Assembly (NCBI GenBank): GCA_045597465.1
Contig: JAZLKG010000103.1
Coordinates: 404-64,403, forward strand
DNA length: 64,000 bases
From: Bacteroidales bacterium
Lineage (GTDB): Bacteria; Bacteroidota; Bacteroidia; Bacteroidales; UBA3824
Reading direction: 5' to 3'
The stretch's first letter is position 1; each line of letters starts with the position of its first letter. Of this stretch, positions 48,045-55,848 are shown in pieces. The notes under the pieces were generated by a model that saw only the letters and a program-made list of their open reading frames with translations, was not told where the DNA came from and did not search any database. The position numbers and the translations under genes are program-made.

Positions 48045-49490
48045 CTATGGCTGGAGGGGATGAGGTAGGGATTGTATTAAATCATCAAGAACAACCTCAC
48101 TATTTACAACCGAGGAGTGTTTGCCGGGTTTTACTCCCAATGGGGTGATAAAAGTCTGAAGAATACTCTTGCCGCATTTGGACACACGGGCAAACAATGC
48201 CGCACGTTCCCGCAAACGCTCCTCGTAATCCTTGTCTATCACAAACTTGGTTTGGGAGAATTTTATCTCGCAAAGATTCACAAAGCCCTCACCATGATCC
48301 AATATAAGGTCTATCTGCGCCGACTCCTCATCAGAACGATACGACCATGAACTTACATCACTTGCAAGTGTATCAATCCTTAGAGCCGACCTAATTTGAG
48401 GAATATGGTTGAGACACGTCTGCTCAAAGGCATAGCCATACCAATTAGTTTTTACAGTCTCCTTTACCTTGCTCCAAGCTTCAGAATCATGCCCCTTGTA
48501 TTCTTTTACAAATCGAAGATAAAACAATACGTACATATCAGTAAGCTGATACATGGATTCTTTCACCTTCTTTCCGTAGGCATTGTAGCAACGGATAAAA
48601 TCACATTTGCAAAGATTATCGAGAATCTCCGACAAATGGCCGTTTTCCTGCAATTTGAGCTCGCGAAGAATCTCAGACCGAGTAAGCCCCTTCAGTTTGG
48701 TGGCAATCACTTCCACAATCCGCCTATACGAGACGGCCTCATTAAACAACGACCTGAAAAGGAAATCATACTCGTCCCTAAGTGGACCTTCCTCAGAGAA
48801 AAACAAGGTGTTGATATTCTGTTCCAAACTGAGCGATGGCTGCATCATGCTCAAATAAAACGGGATTCCTCCAATAGTCATATAACTCTGCAAAACTGTC
48901 ATTCTTGTCCAATCGAAACCATTCCGTTTCAGATATAGCTCGGTCTCCAAAAGAGAAAAAGGACTCAATTTAATACGACGGGTAACCCTGTTGTGGAGGC
49001 CACCCTTGTCGCCAAGCAATGTATTTGTCATCCAAGTGGTTGACGAGCCACAAACAATAAGCTTAAGTTTATTCTGCTCCGAGGCCCACATATTCCAAAA
49101 AGCCTCCAATGCACGTACAAAATTGGACTTGGGAGAATCGTGCCAAGGCAATTCATCAATGAATACCACAATCCTCTTTTTCTTGATCTCGGAAAGGAAT
49201 TTACGCAATTCAGCAAAAGCCTCAAACCAAGTGCTTAAGGTCTTGATACTGCGGTTTGAATACAATTCAAGCTGAATTCTGAAATTCTCAAGTTGGTCCT
49301 TGAGGTCCAAACCGAAAATTCCAGAAGTATAAAAATCAAATTTGTTTTTGAAATACTGCTTTATCAGATATGTCTTGCCAACTCTGCGTCTTCCATAAAC
49401 AGCAATAAATTCTGCCCGTGGAGATTCCATACAATACCTCAAGACATCTTGTTCGTGACGCCTTCCTACTACTTCCTTTGCGTATGCCAT
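48045..49490 (-). CDS. P-loop ATPase (ATPase_2/Arch_ATPase-like) fused to a PD-(D/E)xK-like C-terminal domain (DUF234-like)
   Basis: Walker A GRRRVGKT, Walker B VVFIDELPW and C-terminal QIDLIL...LCEIKF. Start set at MAYAKEVVGRR (49490). Paralogue of 59550-60983. Confidence 0.82.
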   Translation of the reverse strand: MAYAKEVVGRRHEQDVLRYCMESPRAEFIAVYGRRRVGKTYLIKQYFKNKFDFYTSGIFGLDLKDQLENFRIQLELYSNRSIKTLSTWFEAFAELRKFLSEIKKKRIVVFIDELPWHDSPKSNFVRALEAFWNMWASEQNKLKLIVCGSSTTWMTNTLLGDKGGLHNRVTRRIKLSPFSLLETELYLKRNGFDWTRMTVLQSYMTIGGIPFYLSMMQPSLSLEQNINTLFFSEEGPLRDEYDFLFRSLFNEAVSYRRIVEVIATKLKGLTRSEILRELKLQENGHLSEILDNLCKCDFIRCYNAYGKKVKESMYQLTDMYVLFYLRFVKEYKGHDSEAWSKVKETVKTNWYGYAFEQTCLNHIPQIRSALRIDTLASDVSSWSYRSDEESAQIDLILDHGEGFVNLCEIKFSQTKFVIDKDYEERLRERAALFARVSKCGKSILQTFITPLGVKPGKHSSVVNSEVVLDDLIQSLPHPLQP

Positions 49491-49520
49491 ACCTGCGATT
49501 ATTATGTTATTTTGAATGCG

Positions 49521-49528
49521 CAAATATA
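49521..49528 (-). promoter_or_regulatory. Bacteroidota -7 box for the left ATPase gene
   Basis: TATATTTG on the minus strand, 31 nt upstream of ATG 49490. The identical octamer precedes the paralogue at 59522-59529. Confidence 0.45.
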
Positions 49529-49546
49529 ATAATAAATTCATTATAC

Positions 49547-49585
49547 CAGGGCGGAATCCACAAAAAAAACATAGATTCCGCCCTG
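49547..49585. other. 12-bp-stem hairpin between the small lipoprotein gene and the ATPase promoter
   Basis: cagggcggaatc ... gattccgccctg with an A8-containing loop. Confidence 0.6.
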
Positions 49586-49671
49586 ATATAAAAGAGCAAT
49601 TTTAAAGTTAGGTAATTGCAAATCGAGCGGTTAAGATTGTAAAAAAGAGATTATTATTGAAAGAATTTTTC

Positions 49672-49887
49672 TCACAATTCTACAATTCCTCTTGTATTAG
49701 AATCCCGGTTTCTTCTGATCTCATTTACGAATTCCTCAGCAGTCATATTGTCGTCCTGCCATTTGCCACGGAACTCTTCTGTCCAAGGTTTATTATCTAT
49801 TTTCCTTGTCTCAGGAACATCAAATGTCATAGTTATAGTACACATAGCGATATTTGTTAAGGTTACAAGGCTGGCAATTAATTTCAA
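49672..49887 (-). CDS. Small hypothetical protein with lipoprotein-like signal
   Basis: 71 aa, MKLIASLVTLTNIAMC... Its 5' end lies inside direct repeat copy 2. Confidence 0.45.
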   Translation of the reverse strand: MKLIASLVTLTNIAMCTITMTFDVPETRKIDNKPWTEEFRGKWQDDNMTAEEFVNEIRRNRDSNTRGIVEL

Positions 49888-49951
49888 ATATAGAAATTAT
49901 TGGGGAAGAAAAAAAGTTTGTTCGATATGAGATACCGGACAAACTTTTCTT
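49796..49951. repeat. Direct repeat copy 2, including the bidirectional terminator hairpin at 49912-49948
   Basis: See copy 1. On the minus strand the hairpin plus T-run follows the stop of the 137-aa gene (49994). Confidence 0.9.
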
Positions 49952-49993
49952 AATAGGAATAAAAGGTCTATCTTTGGGACAAAGAGTTATTCT

Positions 49994-50407
49994 TTATTTC
50001 AAAATCTTGATTCCAACATAGATTGCATCAGCAACTCCAGCATTAGAGTATATAGTAGTCGCCGCAAAATCCTTACCTTCAATATTTACACTATTAGTAT
50101 CCTTATAAGTCACTTTCAAATAATCTAAATCAAAGCGTCTCACAAAAGACTTTAACAATTCTATGGTAATCATATTGTTAGGTGAACACAACTCATCAAT
50201 AATCAATTTGCGTCGAATAGCATACAACTTTTTCAACTCAGCATCAATCTCCTTGTTTGACACACCATTGATATGAGGCAACACAAACAGATCCATAGCC
50301 TTTTGTATTATCGGACGAGGTTGTATAGCAATGGGAAGGATAAAATGCTTCTTCCTTTCCAACTCCTGAATCTTTTTTTCGATTTCTGGCAATGACAATT
50401 GTTCCAT
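49994..50407 (-). CDS. Hypothetical protein, third gene of the dynamin-like cluster
   Basis: 137 aa with AT-rich codon usage matching the two upstream genes. It lies 73 nt downstream of the second GTPase gene. No motif recognised. Confidence 0.6.
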   Translation of the reverse strand: MEQLSLPEIEKKIQELERKKHFILPIAIQPRPIIQKAMDLFVLPHINGVSNKEIDAELKKLYAIRRKLIIDELCSPNNMITIELLKSFVRRFDLDYLKVTYKDTNSVNIEGKDFAATTIYSNAGVADAIYVGIKILK

Positions 50408-50466
50408 ATATTAATTGTATTAATACCGACGTCATCACAACCGCGTCGGCGGTATTAAACTAGTTA

Positions 50467-50474
50467 CAAAATTA
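50467..50474 (-). promoter_or_regulatory. Possible internal -7 box ahead of the 137-aa gene
   Basis: TAATTTTG on the minus strand, directly after the stop of the GTPase gene. Confidence 0.3.
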
Positions 50475-50480
50475 ATTATA

Positions 50481-52175
50481 TTAGGCCTCCTCCCATTCTA
50501 CATCCTTAATATCTGAACCGTAAAATTTATCAAGTTTAGCCTTATACATACCAAGCTTGTTCAACTGAGATTTCAAATCTGCAATCTCTTGATCACGCTC
50601 CTCAACTTGTTTTTTCAGTTCCAAATAAGCAGGAGCATAATTCTTGTAATATGCATCATCACTGTTGAACTCTTCGAATATGGAGGCAAAAAAGTTGTTG
50701 ATCTCTCCTTTCAAATCTTCCTTGAGTATTTCACATTCCTCAGTCTTTTTCTTTTTCTGCCACCAATCGTAAATAGCCATACCGATATCCAAAACCACAC
50801 CGGCGATAGCAATTCCCTTGGAGATATTCTTTGCGAGATTAACAGCTCCATAAGGCTTGAACTTCACGGCAGGAGCAATTAAATTCCTTGCTGCCAAAAC
50901 GGTTTTGTTTGAAATATTGAGACCCTTCGCAGCCTTCATTCCTGTCTTCAAGCCCTCCTGAACCATCTGATTTTGTTTTTTGAAGGAAACTTCAATATCT
51001 CCACTAAACTTACTCATCTTATGAACATTCGATTCTGTACATGACTTAATGAGCAAATTGATTTTGGCTATAAACAAGTAAAAAGAAACCTTTTTATCTT
51101 GAATTCCCAAATGAGTTTCTACAACACTGCCAATAGTCTCATAATTTGCATTGCTAATTTCGGAAACGATGAAATCCTTAAACTGAGTCAAAGACTCAAA
51201 CAAATCATCCCTATTAGTTTTCAAAGACTTCTCTGTTCTATCCAATCCATCATGCAAATGTTTTTGTTCAAACTCACAACTATCCAATGCCTTATTTAAA
51301 GGCAAGATTTCATACTCGATAGTCTTTCCCACAGAGGAAACCACATCCTTGACAGAAGCAAGAACAGACGAATTTTGAAGCTCAGAAACATCGCTATTAT
51401 CAACAACAGAATCCAACACTTTACGTAAATCTCCAATATGAGAACGTTCCATATAGTCGTCAGATTTAGCGAACCAATACTTGAGCCCCTTACCTTTAGG
51501 ATCGGCGGCAATACAAGCAATGTTCAAACAATCAGTTTCTGATTTCGAAAGATTGATTTCATTCTGGAACCTGGTCCTCAAATTTTCCTTTCTAATACGT
51601 GCTGCATCACAAAACTCCTCTTCATCCAAAACATCACATACAGCATCCATCTTATTGATTACAAAGATTGTATTAGGTAATTTATTGTAATCACGCAAAA
51701 CACGCTTCAAGACAGGAATATGACTTTGTTTGATAGGGTTAACTGCGCCACATACGTATATAACTATATGAGCCTCTGATATATACTTCTCAGTAATGGA
51801 AGAGAACTTTACCATTTGGCCATCAATCTCCTTTTCCTTAGTTCCAAAGAGACCTGGGGTATCAACAATCTCAAAACCCTCTCTTAGACCATCAGGACGA
51901 TAAATCGTCAACTCATCTGAAGATTCGTCATTGTCAATTTTCATAGAATCTTCAAGACGACCAAGCAAAGCAGCGATAACGCTTGTTTTTCCATCAGAGA
52001 AGCTACCAAGAAGTACAATCTTGGTGACACCTACAGACAAGGTTCTCTTGACCTCGTCAATTTTGGAGATCAATTCAGAGACGTCAAGTCCCAACTCCTG
52101 ACCTTCCTTAAGGATTGCATCCAATTTTGAAAAATCATAATTGGAGTTTTTGCTAGCGAAATTATAGACTTCCAT
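50481..52175 (-). CDS. Dynamin-like GTPase B (BDLP/LeoA-like) with C-terminal hydrophobic paddle
   Basis: G1 GSFSDGKTS, G3 DTPGLFG, G4 NKMD. Long helical stalk-like region, hydrophobic GIAIAGVVLDIGMAIYDWW and a C-terminal coiled coil. Confidence 0.8.
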   Translation of the reverse strand: MEVYNFASKNSNYDFSKLDAILKEGQELGLDVSELISKIDEVKRTLSVGVTKIVLLGSFSDGKTSVIAALLGRLEDSMKIDNDESSDELTIYRPDGLREGFEIVDTPGLFGTKEKEIDGQMVKFSSITEKYISEAHIVIYVCGAVNPIKQSHIPVLKRVLRDYNKLPNTIFVINKMDAVCDVLDEEEFCDAARIRKENLRTRFQNEINLSKSETDCLNIACIAADPKGKGLKYWFAKSDDYMERSHIGDLRKVLDSVVDNSDVSELQNSSVLASVKDVVSSVGKTIEYEILPLNKALDSCEFEQKHLHDGLDRTEKSLKTNRDDLFESLTQFKDFIVSEISNANYETIGSVVETHLGIQDKKVSFYLFIAKINLLIKSCTESNVHKMSKFSGDIEVSFKKQNQMVQEGLKTGMKAAKGLNISNKTVLAARNLIAPAVKFKPYGAVNLAKNISKGIAIAGVVLDIGMAIYDWWQKKKKTEECEILKEDLKGEINNFFASIFEEFNSDDAYYKNYAPAYLELKKQVEERDQEIADLKSQLNKLGMYKAKLDKFYGSDIKDVEWEEA

Positions 52176-54039
52176 ATTTTTTACTTCTTAAATTTTCAGC
52201 GTATTCACGGATTCGCAATTGAGTTGACTTTATTGACGAATCAATAGTGTTCAATTTTGAAATTGACTCATCCACAGAACGAACAACATTATCTTCTTTA
52301 TTCTCAAACTCTTCATTGATAAAAGGCAATGATTTTGAATGAAAATTATCGATTGTTGTTTTACGTGCTTTCTCTATTTCAACTCTGGCTTTATTCTGTG
52401 CCTCTCTTATTTTTTCACTTCTATCCTTAAAGATAGAAACCAGAATACCAAAAACAGCACCTACAACTGCCCCTATTGCAGTACCAAGAACTGGAATAAC
52501 TGACCCCAAGCCGGCTCCTGTTCCTGCGTAACCTAATACGCTCAAAACATCAGAACCGAAATCACCCCAATTATAATCCATATTTTCAGTAATTTGCCCT
52601 GCTTGAATACCTTGTACAGAAAATGGAGTAAACGAAACATTGAAATAAGCCTGTTTCTTCTTTACATCATTCTTGATTGAAGCAACGGCACTATTAATTG
52701 CATGCTTTATACCATTTTCTATATTGTATTTCAAAATAGACTCAGCTCCATCGAAATTTTGAATTTCCTGAACGATACTTCGTTCAACTTCATCCTTGAA
52801 TTGATTGAAGGCTCCATTAATTTCCAAATCACATTGTTTCCTCAAATGAATTTTGGCATCATCGAAAATTTCAGCAATAGCATTTTTGAAATTATTGTGT
52901 TCCTGTAATTTACGACTTATGATTTCGCTCTGCTCTGTTGTAGTTGCAGAGAATGACTTATAGGCTCTTTTAATCAGAGAAACAAGTTTATTTTTATTTG
53001 ACTCAACAATCTCCTCTTGGGCATTCTTAGACTTCTTGAAAACCAAATCTACCAAAACCTGAAACTGCGAGAATTGAAGAACTTCACTTGAACTACCAAA
53101 ATACTTCAAAAGTTTCTTCTGATTTTTAATCAAATCTTGACGCTCAGATGAGAATGTGGCGTTAGCACACATTGCCAAATATGCCTGCAATGCAATACTT
53201 CCTTGATAAGTGTCTTTCCCAAGGAAAGCCTCAAAAGTATCATATATCAAACTATTGGTCTTGATGACAGAATCAGTCAGCAAAGTCTCTCGCTCAGACT
53301 CCTCGTCGTAATTGCCAACTCCACCCTTGATATTGTATATGGAATAAACCTTAGCGCCATCGCTAAGATACCTTTTAATTTTCTCTGCTGTTGCGGAATT
53401 AGGTTTCTGATTCTCACCCTGTACATAAAAAATAATATGAGCCTTAGAAAGACCTTTCAAGATATTGTCCTTGACCTCATTTTCATTACCCTCAATACCT
53501 GGCACATCAATCAGAGTAAAATCTATACCATTGATTGTCAAATCGTACTCTGAGTAATCACGGGTAAAGTCATGACGACCATCACCGACAATAAGACCAT
53601 CGTTATTAGATTTTCTATTCTTGTCAAAAAGAATTCTGAAAGTCTCAACAATTGTGGATTTACCTGCGTTGGTCTCGCCGAAAAATCCAACGACAAGCCT
53701 ATCCCAAACCTGATTATTCAAAGACCTATCGGCTAAATCTACAGCTTCATCAATTTGCGTACTAATAGCAGACACATAGGCATCCTTAATGGAATTGAAC
53801 CTAGTGTCATCGTCGTAAATTGACGAAATATCGCGTCTAACTTCCTGTAAAATATTTATATAATCCTTGTAAACTCCTTCCATTTTTTCCTTATTGGACT
53901 TTGTATATTCGTCCAACAACTTTACAAAAGAAGTCTTAGCATTATCCATCGCTGACTGGAAACGAGTCCTTCCTTCCTTCCCCCAATCAGCAATACCATT
54001 GGTTATTAAATTTAACAATGGTCGATTATCCATTTGCAT
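52162..54039 (-). CDS. Dynamin-like GTPase A with glycine-zipper membrane segment
   Basis: G1 GETNAGKST and G3 DVPGIEG, but no canonical N/TKxD. Hydrophobic VLSVLGYAGTGAGLGSVIPVLGTAIGAVVGAVFGILVSIF. Start set at ATG 54039 (MQMDNRPLL). Its stop overlaps the next ATG by 14 nt. Confidence 0.75.
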   Translation of the reverse strand: MQMDNRPLLNLITNGIADWGKEGRTRFQSAMDNAKTSFVKLLDEYTKSNKEKMEGVYKDYINILQEVRRDISSIYDDDTRFNSIKDAYVSAISTQIDEAVDLADRSLNNQVWDRLVVGFFGETNAGKSTIVETFRILFDKNRKSNNDGLIVGDGRHDFTRDYSEYDLTINGIDFTLIDVPGIEGNENEVKDNILKGLSKAHIIFYVQGENQKPNSATAEKIKRYLSDGAKVYSIYNIKGGVGNYDEESERETLLTDSVIKTNSLIYDTFEAFLGKDTYQGSIALQAYLAMCANATFSSERQDLIKNQKKLLKYFGSSSEVLQFSQFQVLVDLVFKKSKNAQEEIVESNKNKLVSLIKRAYKSFSATTTEQSEIISRKLQEHNNFKNAIAEIFDDAKIHLRKQCDLEINGAFNQFKDEVERSIVQEIQNFDGAESILKYNIENGIKHAINSAVASIKNDVKKKQAYFNVSFTPFSVQGIQAGQITENMDYNWGDFGSDVLSVLGYAGTGAGLGSVIPVLGTAIGAVVGAVFGILVSIFKDRSEKIREAQNKARVEIEKARKTTIDNFHSKSLPFINEEFENKEDNVVRSVDESISKLNTIDSSIKSTQLRIREYAENLRSKKYGSL

Positions 54040-54470
54040 CAAAAACAAAATTTCCGGGCTCCTTGGGAAGTTAAACATCAATGTAACCACACATAAAAAA
54101 AGCGTGGAGCCGTACATCACCCGTCCCACGCTCAAAAGGCCTTCGCTATGCCCGCTAATATCGGAAACGAGCAATGCGAAAACCCCACACTATGGTATAA
54201 TAACGCCACACCACACCCATAGAGGGTACGGCATAGGTGTATATACACAGCCATAGGGCATTCCACATTGCCTTGCATCGACATTAGCTTAGAAGTTGCG
54301 AAGTTCTTTGAGCGCCGAAACAAGGCGTGTAAACGCCTTAATATGTAAAAAGTGGAACAGGCAAACCAACTTGCCCATTCCACTTGCAATATTACAATTT
54401 ATTATTTTAAAAGCAAAGAAATCTCGGAGATTTTTTTATGACCTTTTCAAAAGCGCCTGAACATCATCCT

Positions 54471-55469
54471 CTACTTCAATCCGAACGCCTCGCTGTAAGG
54501 AATCAATCCGTGTTCCTTCTCGTGATTGATCCATGCGGTCTCCTGATGACTGCGCTCGATTATCGAGGAAGTTGAGAGAGCGCCGAAAGTTGACAACACA
54601 CCGTCGAGTACGCCAATTTCATATTTTGATAAAATGGAAGTATCGCCATCATATTCCGCAGAAAGAGTGGCACATTCCATTTCGTGATAAATCTGAACAC
54701 GTTTCTCCAATCCCGGAATATTGTCGTAAATAGTATCGTAATGATCAGGTACGGGGCCAAATTGGATTGCCCTATATTGCAAACCACTGATAGAGCACCC
54801 CGACCTTCTGAAATTATAGAAGTCGGAATAAAACATCATCTTGTTGAGTTTGGTAGGACTAACACCCTTGCATCTTGTCACTAAATACTTTACCATCGCA
54901 GACACCTTGGCCGGATTGTGCGAGCCATATCCATTCATAATGTCAACGGAACGGTTTCTACCATAAATTATGGATTTCAGGGAATCATCAGGATTGAACT
55001 CATCAACGGATTTCACCTGATTCAAGAGTTTGTCATATTCAGACTCCGAAAACTCAGAACGGCTACTTTCGAGCAACGACAACATAGTTGACTTGTTTGT
55101 GACAGCACGTATCATTTTGCCGTTGGACTCCGAAGGCATACATCCATCCTCGTACTGTTTCCACTGGTTGACACCGAATCCCATTATCTTTGAGATTTGT
55201 GTATAATTCATTCCATATCTGAGCCTGATACTTGTTATCTCCTCGGGGAAAGGAACTCCGTGGCGAATTCTCCACTGACTATAAACCTCATTGACCCAAA
55301 GATCTTCCTGATCATCGCCTGTAAACTGTTCACCGGTATCCTCACAGACATAATAACGGCAGTGCACCTGAAATTTCTCCTTGCGGAACTCGCGCTCCTC
55401 CTCATCAAAAACCTCAAACACACGACCTCCAGTAAATGGACTTCTCAATGCTGTCAATTTCTTTTCCAT
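54471..55469 (-). CDS. Antitoxin-like fusion: MqsA-type ribbon/XRE-HTH N-terminus plus Panacea (DUF4065)-like C-terminus
   Basis: N-terminus SPFTGG...HCRYYVCEDTGEQF and HTH MNYTQISKIMGFGVNQWKQYEDG. C-terminus KLNKMMFYSDFYNFRRSGCSISGLQYRAIQFGPVP. Start set at MEKKLTALRSPF (55469), 11 nt after the toxin stop. Confidence 0.7.
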   Translation of the reverse strand: MEKKLTALRSPFTGGRVFEVFDEEEREFRKEKFQVHCRYYVCEDTGEQFTGDDQEDLWVNEVYSQWRIRHGVPFPEEITSIRLRYGMNYTQISKIMGFGVNQWKQYEDGCMPSESNGKMIRAVTNKSTMLSLLESSRSEFSESEYDKLLNQVKSVDEFNPDDSLKSIIYGRNRSVDIMNGYGSHNPAKVSAMVKYLVTRCKGVSPTKLNKMMFYSDFYNFRRSGCSISGLQYRAIQFGPVPDHYDTIYDNIPGLEKRVQIYHEMECATLSAEYDGDTSILSKYEIGVLDGVLSTFGALSTSSIIERSHQETAWINHEKEHGLIPYSEAFGLK

Positions 55470-55479
55470 AACGACCTCC

Positions 55480-55773
55480 CTATTTCTTGAACGCATAATT
55501 GATCGGGTGCTCAGCTTCGTGGAATGATATACAAATTGTGTTGCTGACGCCATAACTCACGGCGTCAGAGATTGTCTCCACGTAATCACTCACCTCGATA
55601 CTTCTTACAACCTCTTCCCTATACTTTCGGGTAATACCCAAAGCAAGCAAGGCCCGTTCATTCTTTTCTCTATTGAGAAAGAAAATGCCGAAAATATCAA
55701 ACTTGGGCATAAAATGACGCAGAAAGGACTCAACCTCTTGCTGTGTTTTTATCATATTGCTCATAACTAACAA
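55480..55773 (-). CDS. MqsR-family-like toxin (short; possibly internally deleted)
   Basis: ALLALGITRKYREEVVRSIEVSDY and the C-terminal ICISFHEAEHPINYAFKK match my recollection of Bacteroidota MqsR-like toxins. The segment between them seems shorter than usual. Alternative starts at 55764 or 55755. Confidence 0.6.
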   Translation of the reverse strand: MLVMSNMIKTQQEVESFLRHFMPKFDIFGIFFLNREKNERALLALGITRKYREEVVRSIEVSDYVETISDAVSYGVSNTICISFHEAEHPINYAFKK

Positions 55774-55789
55774 TAAAAATTATCGAAAG

Positions 55790-55797
55790 CAAAATTA
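55790..55797 (-). promoter_or_regulatory. -7 box for the toxin-antitoxin operon
   Basis: TAATTTTG on the minus strand, just upstream of the toxin start. It is preceded by the hairpin 55800-55838, which ends the DUF418 gene. Confidence 0.4.
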
Positions 55798-55848
55798 CAC
55801 TTTTTAGTTAGATTTTAAAAATATTTTTCACTAAAAAGTTCATCCCCT

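Noticed and set aside
54132-54389. 85-aa minus-strand ORF in the leader upstream of the dynamin-like operon
   Set aside because: It has a Cys/Phe/His-rich composition, no motif and no obvious start context, and it coincides with the stem-loops. I treat the region as non-coding RNA or leader instead.
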